Shown: positions 1 to 10,346 of the stretch, one piece after another
Layout: every line of letters starts with the position of its first letter
Numbering within the stretch: the stretch's first letter is position 1
Assembly: GCA_964385285.1 (NCBI GenBank)
Contig: CAYLOJ010000004.1
Coordinates: forward strand, 7,736 to 71,735
Reading direction: 5' to 3'
Origin: an uncultured Gammaproteobacteria bacterium
GTDB taxonomy: Bacteria; Patescibacteriota; Patescibacteriia; UBA9570
Length of the DNA stretch: 64,000 bases
Notes under the pieces: generated by a model
Databases searched by the model: none
What the model saw: the letters and a program-made list of their open reading frames with translations, nothing else
What the model was told of the DNA's origin: nothing
Program-made: the position numbers and the translations under genes

Positions 1-964
1 GATTCAATAACGCATTGGCAATACCGATGTTGCCTTCACTATTTTCAAAATAAATAGGGTTAATTTTATGAGGCATGGCTGAGGAGCCCACTTCGCCAGC
101 CACATTATGTTGTACAAATAGACCCCGTGAAATATACATCCACATATCTTGATCTAAATCACGGACAATACTATTCACGGTGGCTAGTGCCTGATAGGTT
201 TCAACTAAGCGATCATGGGATTCGATTTGTGTCGTTGCCGGATTAAATTCTAATCCTAACTTTTGCACAAATTGTTTACTAAAGGCTAACCATTTCACTT
301 TAGGATATGCCACCTGCAGTGCTGCCCAATTACCGGTGGCGCCACCAAACTTGCCTAACAATTTAATATGGCGTAAACGATCATATTGTCGCTGCAAACG
401 TAATGTATACACCATCAATTCTTTCCCTACCGTTGTTGGAGTAGCTGGCTGACCATGCGTTAAACTAAGTAAAGCTAACGTAGCATAGCGACGTGAACGC
501 TGTTTCAGTTGGGCAATAAGTTCCTTCAGTTTTGGCAGATAAACTTGTTGCAAACTATCGCGCACCATCAAACTATAGGCAAGATTATTGATATCTTCAC
601 TGGTTAAGCCAAAATGCACAAACTCCAGCTGTTTACGTAAGGACGTGTGCTGGAGTTTATGTTTGATATAGTATTCAACTGCTTTCACATCGTGCTTGGT
701 CTCAGCCTCGATGGTTTTAATTTGGGCTGCATTTTGTTCTGTAAAGTCGGTATACAATGCAGCCAACAATTTTTGCTCTGCAGCAGAAAATTTCCGCACC
801 TCTTTGAGTGCGGCTGTTTGGCTAAGCGCGATTAAATATTGGACCTCCACTAAAATGCGGTAGCGCATCAACGCCGCCTCGGAAAAAAACGGACTGAGAT
901 TTTCCAGGTCAAGCTGGTAACGTCCGTCTACTGGGGAAATGGCAAAAAGCGCTGGATGGTTCAT
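1..964 (-). CDS. purB: Adenylosuccinate lyase (3' end runs off the window)
   Basis: Not in the ORF track; translated by hand from the ATG at 964: MNHPALFAISPVDGRY...FSEAALMRYR. The fumarate-lyase signature GSSAMPHKINPIYFENSEGN lies near the left edge. Confidence 0.96.
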   Translation of the reverse strand, partial: MNHPALFAISPVDGRYQLDLENLSPFFSEAALMRYRILVEVQYLIALSQTAALKEVRKFSAAEQKLLAALYTDFTEQNAAQIKTIEAETKHDVKAVEYYIKHKLQHTSLRKQLEFVHFGLTSEDINNLAYSLMVRDSLQQVYLPKLKELIAQLKQRSRRYATLALLSLTHGQPATPTTVGKELMVYTLRLQRQYDRLRHIKLLGKFGGATGNWAALQVAYPKVKWLAFSKQFVQKLGLEFNPATTQIESHDRLVETYQALATVNSIVRDLDQDMWMYISRGLFVQHNVAGEVGSSAMPHKINPIYFENSEGNIGIANALLN

Positions 965-982
965 CGCCAACAGTATAGCACT

Positions 983-1198
983 TTACCAGTACTTTTTCAA
1001 GCGCTGCAGTTCGACCTCAATTTGTCGTAACCGCCCCTGTAAACGACCAAGATCATCCTCGGCCTCTCGGGCTGCAACGGGTTGGTTTAAACCACGAAAA
1101 CGTTCCAGCTCATGCTTGGCCTTAGTGATTTCTGACTTCACCGCATCATAGCGACCGGTCAGCTCTTGTACCTTCCGTTTAGCGTCTTCAGGCTGCAT
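983..1198 (-). CDS. Small hypothetical coiled-coil protein
   Basis: 71-aa charged helical ORF overlapping the stop of the upstream orphan; no family recognised. Confidence 0.55.
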   Translation of the reverse strand: MQPEDAKRKVQELTGRYDAVKSEITKAKHELERFRGLNQPVAAREAEDDLGRLQGRLRQIEVELQRLKKYW

Positions 1199-1928
1199 CT
1201 TTTTGTGCCGCGGCTTCTAAGCGGATTTTCAACTCACGATAATGAGCGCGTTGGCGCTTCCCTAAATTATTCCATCCTTTGCGACGATAGGCTGCAAAAA
1301 TAACTTCATCAGCCGCCGGAGCTGGCCGCTCGCGCTTAGCATTATCTGCAGTACGAACAGGCAAGTTAACCACTGGCTCTGGTTCGTCGGCAGGAGCTGG
1401 CTCATCTTTAATACGTAAAGCCATAATCGGTTCCAACAATGCCTTTTGGCGCAATAATTCAGCTGGTGTATCTTTAGGATGATCAGCGAAGATCATCAGA
1501 TTCTGTTGCAACGTAGCCCATGCCGCATCAACACCCGCTTGCAAACTAGCTGGAGCATCACTTAAATCCATCTCATACTGCTGTTGATTGTAGTTAGGGT
1601 CAGTACTCTGAGTGATTTCAATTTTACCTGTCGGAATAGTAGATCGACTTAATTCACCGCGCAGCTCGGCATTACGTAGTTTTTTGCCACCATGTGCGGG
1701 GTCAAAATCCAGACCAACAAGATCGACTTGGGGCTTTAATAGCACAGCCTCTTGTGCGCTATCGCCAAACGGATTAGCAGCCGTGTGCTGACCACGCTCA
1801 GTCTCGGTCGGCGAAAAATGTACGCCGCCTGCTTCCATAATTCTGCGATCTAATTCATGACGCGCCTGTTCAGGGGTGCGTCGTTCAATAGTGCCAATTC
1901 TGATGCCGCCTGGTCTGGGTTCTCCCAT
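1188..1928 (-). CDS. Hypothetical soluble protein
   Basis: Long ORF; start moved to MGEPRPGG (1928), downstream of a predicted promoter. No family recognised. Confidence 0.65.
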   Translation of the reverse strand: MGEPRPGGIRIGTIERRTPEQARHELDRRIMEAGGVHFSPTETERGQHTAANPFGDSAQEAVLLKPQVDLVGLDFDPAHGGKKLRNAELRGELSRSTIPTGKIEITQSTDPNYNQQQYEMDLSDAPASLQAGVDAAWATLQQNLMIFADHPKDTPAELLRQKALLEPIMALRIKDEPAPADEPEPVVNLPVRTADNAKRERPAPAADEVIFAAYRRKGWNNLGKRQRAHYRELKIRLEAAAQKDAA

Positions 1929-1960
1929 ATATGCATGGTGAAAAATAAAAGAATACAAGT

Positions 1961-1989
1961 AGTTTACCTGAAAAAAGGCCTAAAGTCAA
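1961..1989 (-). promoter_or_regulatory. Sigma70-type promoter internal to the pur cluster
   Basis: TTGACT-N17-TAAACT on the minus strand just after the purC stop. Confidence 0.55.
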
Positions 1990-1992
1990 GAT

Positions 1993-2949
1993 TTATTGTA
2001 TGGACTGAGCAATACGCTCAACTGTGGAAACGTTGCTTGCCGGATAAACAAACTCCTGGCCAGTGATCATTTCGTACAGTTGGATATAGCGTGCGGAGAG
2101 TTCTATAACTAATTCTTTGGGAGCATCCGGTAGGGTTTTATCGTTATAGGGATCGCAGTGTTCAATGAACCAGAGACGTAAAAATTCTTTATCAATATTT
2201 TCGGGTTCTTGGCCAGCAGCAAACCGCTCAGCATAGCTATTGGCTAACCAGTAACGGGAAGAATCCGGCGTGTGGACTTCGTCGATCAAAATAATGGTGC
2301 CATCCGGCAATTTGCCAAATTCATACTTAGTGTCAACCAAAATCAAACCATGCTCTTTAGCAAGCATTTGTCCTCGTTTAAAAATTTGCAAAGTAGCCTG
2401 CGCGCAGTAATCCCAATCTGCTTGCGTCATTAAACCGCGTGCAACAATTTCCCGCGGTGAAATCTTCTCGTCATGCACATCACTTTTCGTTGTTGGAGTG
2501 ATGATAGGCTGAGGGAAAGCCTGGTTTTTGACCATACCCTCTGGTAAATGATTCCCACAAAACTCGCGTTCACCTTTTGCGTAAGCAGTCCACACTGCTG
2601 TGCTGGTAACTCCGGTTAAAAATCCACGCACCACAAACTCTACTGGAAACACGGTACATTTTTTTCCAATCATGACGTTAGGATCAGGCACACTGAGCAC
2701 ATGATTCGCAATAATATCTTGTGTGTGTTCAAACCAATACTGTGAAACTTGGTTGAGCACCTGGCCCTTAAATGGGATGGCCGCCAGTACACGATCAAAG
2801 GCAGATTGACGATCAGTCGTAATTAATAACAACCGATCACCCAGATCATAGGTATCGCGCACTTTACCTTGATACTTTTTTCCTAAATTGAAATTTGTCT
2901 CGGTTAGACAGTGGTCGAATTGAGCAGCAATTTTTTCACGATCAATCAT
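1993..2949 (-). CDS. purC: SAICAR synthase
   Basis: YQGKVRDTY, TDRQSAFD, PVEFVVRG, LVDTKYEFG, IDEVHTPDSSRYW and DKEFLR motifs. Confidence 0.97.
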   Translation of the reverse strand: MIDREKIAAQFDHCLTETNFNLGKKYQGKVRDTYDLGDRLLLITTDRQSAFDRVLAAIPFKGQVLNQVSQYWFEHTQDIIANHVLSVPDPNVMIGKKCTVFPVEFVVRGFLTGVTSTAVWTAYAKGEREFCGNHLPEGMVKNQAFPQPIITPTTKSDVHDEKISPREIVARGLMTQADWDYCAQATLQIFKRGQMLAKEHGLILVDTKYEFGKLPDGTIILIDEVHTPDSSRYWLANSYAERFAAGQEPENIDKEFLRLWFIEHCDPYNDKTLPDAPKELVIELSARYIQLYEMITGQEFVYPASNVSTVERIAQSIQ

Positions 2950-2959
2950 ACGAGCATCT

Positions 2960-4240
2960 TCACACAATCAATTTACAATCCTGAGAAAATGGATTGAATA
3001 AAATATGGGTATTCAAAATTTCGGTAGCTAATGCTGTGCGTTTCGCAGCATCATCACTATCGAAGGTCAGTTCCCATACTACACCTTTACTGAGGTTGGC
3101 AACCGACTTCAAGCCGAACCGTGTATGTAAGGTATTGGCAACCGCTTTACCCTCGAAATCATCTGAAAACCGGACGAGGAATGATAAAGTGTTTGGATTT
3201 TGGGTTGGTGTTTGGCTATAACTTTCTTTACTCGTATTCAGTAATTCCCCACTCTCAATTAGCGTTGGTAAAATTTCTTGCGTATCTTTAATGGAATCAT
3301 CATACCAAATCTCCCAATGTGTTTTCCGTGTGACTTTTACAGGAAACCCTTTTTGTTGCAAGGCTAATTCAACGGTTTTAGCAGCATTATCTGTAATTTT
3401 TAGATCGACGAAAAGCTGTAAACAATTACCAGATGTCTGATACGATTCGATCACAACTGGTTCGGGCTTCCATTGAATTTTATAATCGTGGGTAGGAGGA
3501 TGTTCTAACCAAGTGCGCAAATTATTGAATAACGATTCCCCGTTGCGTTCTAATCGCTCCGGATGTGGCATGTAGGCCACCACGTTACCAGCCGGATTGC
3601 AGAATCCAGCAATGCCCCAGATTGCGCCATTCGGTGTAGTCGGAAACTCATTAATCTCCTCACCTGTCTCGGTACAATATTTGAAAATGATTTGACCGTT
3701 CTTTTCCAGTTCAACCAGTAAGTCGGTTGGGAAAATAAATCGGCCTTCTCCATTCGCAACAGTCGCTGGCACTACTGCGCCGGCTGCTAAATCCATCGTT
3801 ACGCAACTACGACCAGTCGGTGCAGTATTCTTAATATAAATCGTGTCGTGATAAAAACCCGTACCGATAATTTGCCCGCCCTTCACCCGGGTATTCATGG
3901 CGACGGCACCCGCTAAGACATCCGCATCTAAACCAGGAATCAAGCCAGTTTCCACTAAGACCTGACAACCATTACAAATACCAATGACGGGTTTGCCCGC
4001 AGCAGCCTCCTTTTTAATGTATTCCATGATGGGATCCAAAGCCGCAATAATGCCAGCTCGACTACGATCTTCGTAAGCAAAGCCACCGGGCAATAGATAC
4101 GCATCGTAGTGGCCTTGTTCCAATTTCTCACGTTCATTCCAACGAACATATTCTGGCTCTAACCCAGCATTTACTAAAGAGCGATAGGTCTCGCCTTCAC
4201 AATTTGTGCCTGGAAAAATAACAACGGCTACGCGAAACAT
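2960..4240 (-). CDS. purQ: FGAM synthase glutaminase subunit PurQ with a C-terminal extension of two PurS-like repeats
   Basis: FPGTNCE, LPGGF, GICNG (catalytic Cys) and MPHPER (His/Glu), followed by ~170 extra residues with two PurS-like segments. Confidence 0.92.
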   Translation of the reverse strand: MFRVAVVIFPGTNCEGETYRSLVNAGLEPEYVRWNEREKLEQGHYDAYLLPGGFAYEDRSRAGIIAALDPIMEYIKKEAAAGKPVIGICNGCQVLVETGLIPGLDADVLAGAVAMNTRVKGGQIIGTGFYHDTIYIKNTAPTGRSCVTMDLAAGAVVPATVANGEGRFIFPTDLLVELEKNGQIIFKYCTETGEEINEFPTTPNGAIWGIAGFCNPAGNVVAYMPHPERLERNGESLFNNLRTWLEHPPTHDYKIQWKPEPVVIESYQTSGNCLQLFVDLKITDNAAKTVELALQQKGFPVKVTRKTHWEIWYDDSIKDTQEILPTLIESGELLNTSKESYSQTPTQNPNTLSFLVRFSDDFEGKAVANTLHTRFGLKSVANLSKGVVWELTFDSDDAAKRTALATEILNTHILFNPFSQDCKLIV

Positions 4241-5265
4241 ACCTCTTTTTTACCTGCCACTACTTCACCGATTAAATATGTTTTCAGGTCTGCATGCTGC
4301 TGTAATTCAGCAAACACTGCGTCGCGTTGCGCTGCCGGCACGACAACTACCATACCAATTCCCATATTCATTGCGGTATACATATCTTCTTCTGGCACTT
4401 CACCAAACTGCTGAATAGCTTCAAAAATCGGTAGAATCTCCCAACTGCCTTTTTTAATTTGTGCGCAACAACCTTCTGGCAAGATCCGTGGAATATTTTT
4501 CACTAAGCCGCCACCGGTAATGTGCGCTAACCCACGCACATCGTATTTAGCCAAAATTGGTAGTAGATACTTGGTGTAGTTTTTATGTGGCTTCATCAAC
4601 ATGGCACCAATGGATTGTGGCAATTCTGCAACCACATCACGGACACTGAATTTTTTGATATCAAAGAATACTTTACGTGCCAAGGAATAACCATTGGTAT
4701 GTAGCCCCTCAGAGCCTAAACCAATCAACGCATCACCGACTTGAATTTTAGAACCATCAATCATCTTGGATTTTTCTACAACCCCCAGTACAGCTCCGGC
4801 TACATCCCATTCACCTTCTTGATACGTGCCTGGCATTTCGGCGGTTTCCCCACCCACCAACGACATTCCATATTGAGCACATTCTTCAGCCATGCCGCGC
4901 ACTAACTCCGCCAAGATTTCTGGTTCTAGCTTTGCAGTGGCAACGTAATCGAGTAAGGTAAGTGGCTTAGCACCCTGACACAACACGTCATTGCAACTAT
5001 GTGCAACAATATCATGTCCGGCCTGCGCATACATATTCATCATTCCTGCGACCGCCATTTTAGTACCAACACCATCAATGCTTTGCACTAAGACCGGTTC
5101 TTTATACTCCTTGGCTAGATCGGTGATTTCATACAAAGAGCCAAACAAACCTAAGCCCGTTAACACGCGGTGATTGAATGTTTGTTTGACGATCGGAATA
5201 ATTTTGCGAATGGCGTCATCGCCGACCTCGACATTGACTCCGGATTCTTTGTAGGTGATAGCCAT
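4228..5265 (-). CDS. purM: AIR synthase (phosphoribosylformylglycinamidine cyclo-ligase)
   Basis: TYKESGV, DGVGTK, GGETAEMPG, GLHTNGYSL, HITGGG and NMGIG motifs. Confidence 0.97.
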   Translation of the reverse strand: MAITYKESGVNVEVGDDAIRKIIPIVKQTFNHRVLTGLGLFGSLYEITDLAKEYKEPVLVQSIDGVGTKMAVAGMMNMYAQAGHDIVAHSCNDVLCQGAKPLTLLDYVATAKLEPEILAELVRGMAEECAQYGMSLVGGETAEMPGTYQEGEWDVAGAVLGVVEKSKMIDGSKIQVGDALIGLGSEGLHTNGYSLARKVFFDIKKFSVRDVVAELPQSIGAMLMKPHKNYTKYLLPILAKYDVRGLAHITGGGLVKNIPRILPEGCCAQIKKGSWEILPIFEAIQQFGEVPEEDMYTAMNMGIGMVVVVPAAQRDAVFAELQQHADLKTYLIGEVVAGKKEVCFA

Positions 5266-5268
5266 AGT

Positions 5269-6501
5269 TTAAGCGCTTAATTGTTTGGATAGTTTGGTTA
5301 AATGTTGTCGATAGGTTTTGAGATTGATTTTTTTTCTGGCTACTCCAGATTCTAACGCTGCTCGCGCGACTGCCACAGAGACTTCGACTAACGCCCGAGG
5401 ATCAAAGGGCTTCGGTACAATATATTCGGCCCCGAAACGTAGGCTGTTCAAGTGATATGCGCGCTTCACACTCACCGGCACTGGAGCATGCGCTAATTTT
5501 GCTAAGGCCAGTGTAGCGGCTAATTTCATCTCTTCCGTTACCTGACGTGCTTGGGTATCTAAAGCTCCACGGAAGACGAATGGGAAGCCTAAGACGTTAT
5601 TAATCTGGTTCGGAAAATCGCTCCGACCAGTCGCCAGTAGTATATCACGGCGGGCACGTTTGGCGAGAGGATAAGCGATCTCAGGATCTGGGTTTGCCAT
5701 CGCAAAGACAATCGGCTGATTAGCCATCGTTTTTAGCATCTCTGGAGTAACAATATTCGGAGCAGAAACACCAACAAACACATCTGCATTAACCAACGCA
5801 TCGGCTAAATCACCTGATTTTGGCTGAACAAACTGCTGTTTTAAGGGATCCATGCTGCCACGGTCACGGGATACGATCCCCCGAGAATCACACAACGTAA
5901 TATTTTTTTTATCGGCTCCTAAACGCACATAGTGTTCAGCACACCGGATGCCAGCCGCCCCCGCCCCAGACAGAACAATCTTTACTTGATGGATTTTTTT
6001 TCCGACCACTTCCAAGGCATTTAATAAGGCAGCTCCAGAGATAATCGCCGTACCATGTTGATCATCATGGAAAACGGGAATGGATAAACGTTTTTGCAAT
6101 TCTGACTCAATATAGAAACAAGCGGGAGCAGCAATATCTTCTAAATTGATACCACCAAAGGTGGGTTCTAACTTCTCAATAATATTGATTAGTTTGTCTG
6201 GATCAGTTTCGGCAATTTCCAAATCAAACGCATCGACACCGGCAAAGCGTTTAAATAAAGCGGCCTTCCCTTCCATCACTGGTTTGCCAGCTAACGCGCC
6301 GATATTGCCCAAGCCCAATACTGCCGTTCCATTGGTCACTACGGCTACTAAGTTAGACTTGTTGGTTAAGCGGTATGCCGCCTGAGGATCCTTAGCAATT
6401 TGTCTGGATGGCTTTGCCACACCTGGTGTATATAAAATAGATAAATCTTTCTGATTGCGTAGAGGTGTTGGTAAAGCCGTGACGATCCGTTTAGTAATCA
6501 T
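5269..6501 (-). CDS. NAD(P)-dependent malic enzyme (MaeB-type ME domain, no PTA domain)
   Basis: [57 protein letters not shown] and [12 protein letters not shown]. Confidence 0.95.
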   Translation of the reverse strand: MITKRIVTALPTPLRNQKDLSILYTPGVAKPSRQIAKDPQAAYRLTNKSNLVAVVTNGTAVLGLGNIGALAGKPVMEGKAALFKRFAGVDAFDLEIAETDPDKLINIIEKLEPTFGGINLEDIAAPACFYIESELQKRLSIPVFHDDQHGTAIISGAALLNALEVVGKKIHQVKIVLSGAGAAGIRCAEHYVRLGADKKNITLCDSRGIVSRDRGSMDPLKQQFVQPKSGDLADALVNADVFVGVSAPNIVTPEMLKTMANQPIVFAMANPDPEIAYPLAKRARRDILLATGRSDFPNQINNVLGFPFVFRGALDTQARQVTEEMKLAATLALAKLAHAPVPVSVKRAYHLNSLRFGAEYIVPKPFDPRALVEVSVAVARAALESGVARKKINLKTYRQHLTKLSKQLSA

Positions 6502-6509
6502 AGAACTTA

Positions 6510-7082
6510 TTAGTAGGTATCATCGAATTTAGCCCGATTAGCTCTGGAAGTTTTTTCGACTTCAGCAAAGAGACTTTTGCCTTTACTATCCATCATGCAA
6601 AAGACTGGAAAATTTTTGACTTCTAGTTCCCAGATGGCATCGGTCATGCCAAATTCGGTTTTATATACATTTACAACTTTAGTAATACAGTGAGCATAGT
6701 ACACCGCGGCTCCACCAATGGCTGCACAATAGATACCAATTCCTTTTAGGGCCTGACGTACACCTTCATCCATACCACCTTTTCCCATGATGGCGCGGAT
6801 ATTATATTTTTCAATCAGCTCTGGCGTAAAATGATTGAAGCGTGCACTCGTCGTGGGACCAGCAGCTAAAATTTTAATGGCGCCATCTGGAGCGGTCTCG
6901 TACATTGGACCACAATGGTACAACACTGCATGACGCATCGGTTTAAAATTGTTTTTTAATAACCAACGATGCGCTTTATCACGCGCGGTCATTACGCGCC
7001 CCGAAAAATACACCTCATCACCAGCACGCACCTTCTTGATGATGGCCTCGGTTGGTGGAGTAGTGAGATGTAAGATAGCCAT
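6510..7082 (-). CDS. Class I Fe-S fumarate hydratase (or tartrate dehydratase family), beta subunit
   Basis: [19 protein letters not shown] and MGKGG; start taken at MAILHL. Confidence 0.9.
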   Translation of the reverse strand: MAILHLTTPPTEAIIKKVRAGDEVYFSGRVMTARDKAHRWLLKNNFKPMRHAVLYHCGPMYETAPDGAIKILAAGPTTSARFNHFTPELIEKYNIRAIMGKGGMDEGVRQALKGIGIYCAAIGGAAVYYAHCITKVVNVYKTEFGMTDAIWELEVKNFPVFCMMDSKGKSLFAEVEKTSRANRAKFDDTY

Positions 7083-7096
7083 ATAGTAACAACCGA

Positions 7097-7978
7097 CTAT
7101 GGTAATAATAAAGTTGCACGACGCATACTCCAACAGCCAATCGACACCCCCACAAACCAAGAGGCGGGGTGCACATAGCGCGTCGTTAATTTCACGGCCA
7201 ACGCAGTTGTCTTTCCACCTACTCCCATCGGTCCGATATCGAGCGCATTAATTTTTTTCAATAAACGTTTTTCAATGGTCGCTAATTTAGGAATGGGATT
7301 ATGTCCGGTAATCGGTTGCAGATGACGATTTTTGGCACGATAACTTGATTCTTCCATATTGCCACAAACTGCTGCGCCAATAATATACGGTGGGCAACCA
7401 CGGCCTTGGGCTTTAATCACAGCGTCTACAATACATTTCTCAATTCCTTCTAAGTCTCGTTCTGCACCAATCGAACGATCTGGCAATTGATATTGACGTG
7501 AAACATTTTCAGAACCGCCGCCTTTTAATAGAAGTTGGATCTGGGACTGATCCTCAGTTTCCTTAAAATAGATAATGGGATAATTTCCAATCACCTTCCC
7601 TTGAATCACATCAAAAGCATTGGCGCGGAGCGGCACCTCCTTGGTCGCAATCGCGGTAGCCTCTTTGATGATTTTCTTTAAATCTAATTGCGTGTATTTT
7701 CCACTTTGATATTTTACATACAACAAAGGAATACCTGTATCTTGGCATAAGGGACGCGTCTCCGTTTCAGCCATTTCAATATTGGTCAGCATGGTTTTCA
7801 GGACATGCTTAGCGCGAGCGTTGGTTTCTTTGCGCAAACCAGATTTCAATCCGTCTACAACATCTTTAGGAAGATGAGTGACAGCCACGCGATACATCTC
7901 AACAATAGCAGCAATGAGTTCACGCCGCGATGGCTTGTTTCCAGCCAGCGTTAGAATATTTCCGTTGGTAGTAAGCAT
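7097..7978 (-). CDS. Class I Fe-S fumarate hydratase (or tartrate dehydratase family), alpha subunit
   Basis: PLCQDTG, KGGGSEN, GCPP, GPMGVGG and HPAS...CW, carrying the three Fe-S cysteines. Confidence 0.9.
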   Translation of the reverse strand: MLTTNGNILTLAGNKPSRRELIAAIVEMYRVAVTHLPKDVVDGLKSGLRKETNARAKHVLKTMLTNIEMAETETRPLCQDTGIPLLYVKYQSGKYTQLDLKKIIKEATAIATKEVPLRANAFDVIQGKVIGNYPIIYFKETEDQSQIQLLLKGGGSENVSRQYQLPDRSIGAERDLEGIEKCIVDAVIKAQGRGCPPYIIGAAVCGNMEESSYRAKNRHLQPITGHNPIPKLATIEKRLLKKINALDIGPMGVGGKTTALAVKLTTRYVHPASWFVGVSIGCWSMRRATLLLP

Positions 7979-7980
7979 AG

Positions 7981-10326
7981 TTACAATTTACTGCGCAGTC
8001 CGTTCAGCCAAGCTGCAGCTAAAGCGCCAACCGTGTGTGTGATCACCTCTGTTTTGCCATCCATGATAATGAAATGTTCATCATCACGTACTTTACCAAT
8101 CACGCTCACGGGGACCCCTAAATCGGCAGCGTGACGTTGTACGGCTGGCAACAATTGCGGATCAACCTCAAATAAAAACCCTCCGGTTTCGGTAAATAAT
8201 TTTTGTGTTGCTGTTAGATTCTGTCCAGGAACATCAGCCAAATCGACGCTGATCCCCGTACGTAAATCACCTCGGCCTCCGAAACACATCTCTGCGAGGG
8301 CAGACAGCATACCACCGTCACTAATGTCGTGGCAAGTCTGGATTAATCCTTGTTCGATTAGATTTGTAATGAGAATGATTTCTTGTTCAACCGCCTTATA
8401 ATCGGGCTGCGGAACGTTTGCTCCATACTCATTAAATAGATCATAGAGTACTGAGCCACCTAATTCATTCTTGCGTTCACCAATCAAACACAATACATTC
8501 CCGGGCTGGATCAGATCTGGAGTAATCGCAGTTGTCACATCGGCCAAGCGACCAAAGCATCCCACAATGGCAGATGGATTAATGGCTTGATCTTTAAATT
8601 GGTTGTATAAGGAGACATTACCTGAAACAATTGGAATCGGAGCCTGATCATATCCCTTCACATGCAAGGCTTTGGCCGCTTCCGCTACGCCCCGTACTCC
8701 TTCGGTAAATTCCCACATCTGCTCTGGTTTTTCTGGGTTACCATAGTTCAGACAATCTGTTAAACACCAAGGAGTAGCACCGACTGCTGCAACATTACGC
8801 ATACTCTCTACAACCGCATTCGCGCCTTGCCAATATGGAGAAATTTTGCCGTAACGTGGATTACCATCAACACTTAATGCTACGCCAATTTTAGAACCCT
8901 CCTCAATCAATGGAGCGATCACACCTGCATCAGCCATGCCTGCTTCAATTTCTACTAACCCTTGCACATTTTTATCGTAATGCTCATACACTGGTTTCTT
9001 ACACGCAACCGCTGGATGGGATAGGACTTTCAAAACTACCTCTTCAATATTTGTAACTTCGGTCCAGGCAGGCTCTTTACCATGATACTTTTTTTCTTTG
9101 ACTTCGCGCTCATACCGTAATCCAGCTGTCACTGCTTCAGGGGCAGCATCTAATATTTTCTCTCCTTTATAATAAACGGTGTAATTGCCTTTTTGCACGG
9201 TTCCGACTACAGAGGCTCGGGCACCAAATGAGACGTTCGGGAAATCCCAAGTTTCGTTATAATGTTTCACAATCACTTCAGTAGCTTTTGGAGAGGCGAT
9301 CCACATAAACCGCTCTTGAGTTTCTGCCATTAGAATAACCGCTGGTGATAACCCTTCCATCCCGACATGCACTCGCTCCAAATCAATCTTCGCGCCATAG
9401 CCACCGGCTTCAGCTAATTCTACAGAAGCACATAAAATACCACCGGCTCCAAGATCTTTGAATCCGACTTCGGACATTAAATTTTGTTCTTTTAAAATCC
9501 GGAAGAGATCATAAGTGGCCATTAAAATATGACGCTCTAAGAAGGCGTTAGGTTCTTGCACTGCGCCTTTATTAGCTTCACGATTATCTTCGTTTAATTC
9601 AATTGAGGAAAACGATGCTCCACCAAAACCACTATGATCTGTCGGCTTTCCAATTAAGATGAAGTTGTATCCTTCGGCATTTTCTGGAGCGCGAGAATGG
9701 ATAATATCTTTCATCGGCACAGTGCCCATGACTACAACATTCACTAAACAATTAGTGTTGAAAGATTCGTTAAAAAAAGTATCCCCTGCTAAATTTGGAA
9801 TACCTAATGGATTACCATAACCACCGATACCTGAGATTACATTGTTTGCGATCCACTTAGTCTTGTTTAAATTCAGATCACCAAAGCGCAAGGGATCAGC
9901 CGTGGCCACAACCTTAGCACCCATGCAGACAATATCACGCACTAAGCCGCCAATACCGGTAGCAGCACCTTCGTACGGAACCACTTGCGAAGGATGATTA
10001 TGTGATTCATGGCCGACAACAATACAATAATCCGTATCTCCTACCCGATCGATCCAAACCGCGCCAGCATCTTCACCTGGGCCAACCACGACGTGTGGCC
10101 CTTGAGTGTAAAATTGCGACAAATATTTTCGACTAGAACGATATGAAGTATGTTCACTACCTTCGATACCAAAGGCGATTAACTCCGTGAGTGTCGGTGG
10201 ACGCTTCAAAATTTCAACCTGAACCTTGCGGGCTTCTGCCACGGTTAAATCTACGCGATATTTTGTTAATAACGCCTGTAGATCGTGATCAGATAGTGGG
10301 GCGAGATCAAAGATGGGTTCAGTCAT
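7981..10326 (-). CDS. purL: FGAM synthase large subunit (small-PurL type)
   Basis: SEHTSY, ESHNHPS, GAATGIGG, DLGAGG, ETQERF, CLNYGNPE, SGNVSLYN and HDISDGG. Confidence 0.97.
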   Translation of the reverse strand: MTEPIFDLAPLSDHDLQALLTKYRVDLTVAEARKVQVEILKRPPTLTELIAFGIEGSEHTSYRSSRKYLSQFYTQGPHVVVGPGEDAGAVWIDRVGDTDYCIVVGHESHNHPSQVVPYEGAATGIGGLVRDIVCMGAKVVATADPLRFGDLNLNKTKWIANNVISGIGGYGNPLGIPNLAGDTFFNESFNTNCLVNVVVMGTVPMKDIIHSRAPENAEGYNFILIGKPTDHSGFGGASFSSIELNEDNREANKGAVQEPNAFLERHILMATYDLFRILKEQNLMSEVGFKDLGAGGILCASVELAEAGGYGAKIDLERVHVGMEGLSPAVILMAETQERFMWIASPKATEVIVKHYNETWDFPNVSFGARASVVGTVQKGNYTVYYKGEKILDAAPEAVTAGLRYEREVKEKKYHGKEPAWTEVTNIEEVVLKVLSHPAVACKKPVYEHYDKNVQGLVEIEAGMADAGVIAPLIEEGSKIGVALSVDGNPRYGKISPYWQGANAVVESMRNVAAVGATPWCLTDCLNYGNPEKPEQMWEFTEGVRGVAEAAKALHVKGYDQAPIPIVSGNVSLYNQFKDQAINPSAIVGCFGRLADVTTAITPDLIQPGNVLCLIGERKNELGGSVLYDLFNEYGANVPQPDYKAVEQEIILITNLIEQGLIQTCHDISDGGMLSALAEMCFGGRGDLRTGISVDLADVPGQNLTATQKLFTETGGFLFEVDPQLLPAVQRHAADLGVPVSVIGKVRDDEHFIIMDGKTEVITHTVGALAAAWLNGLRSKL

Positions 10327-10346
10327 GGTAACTAATGGGTACCAAA

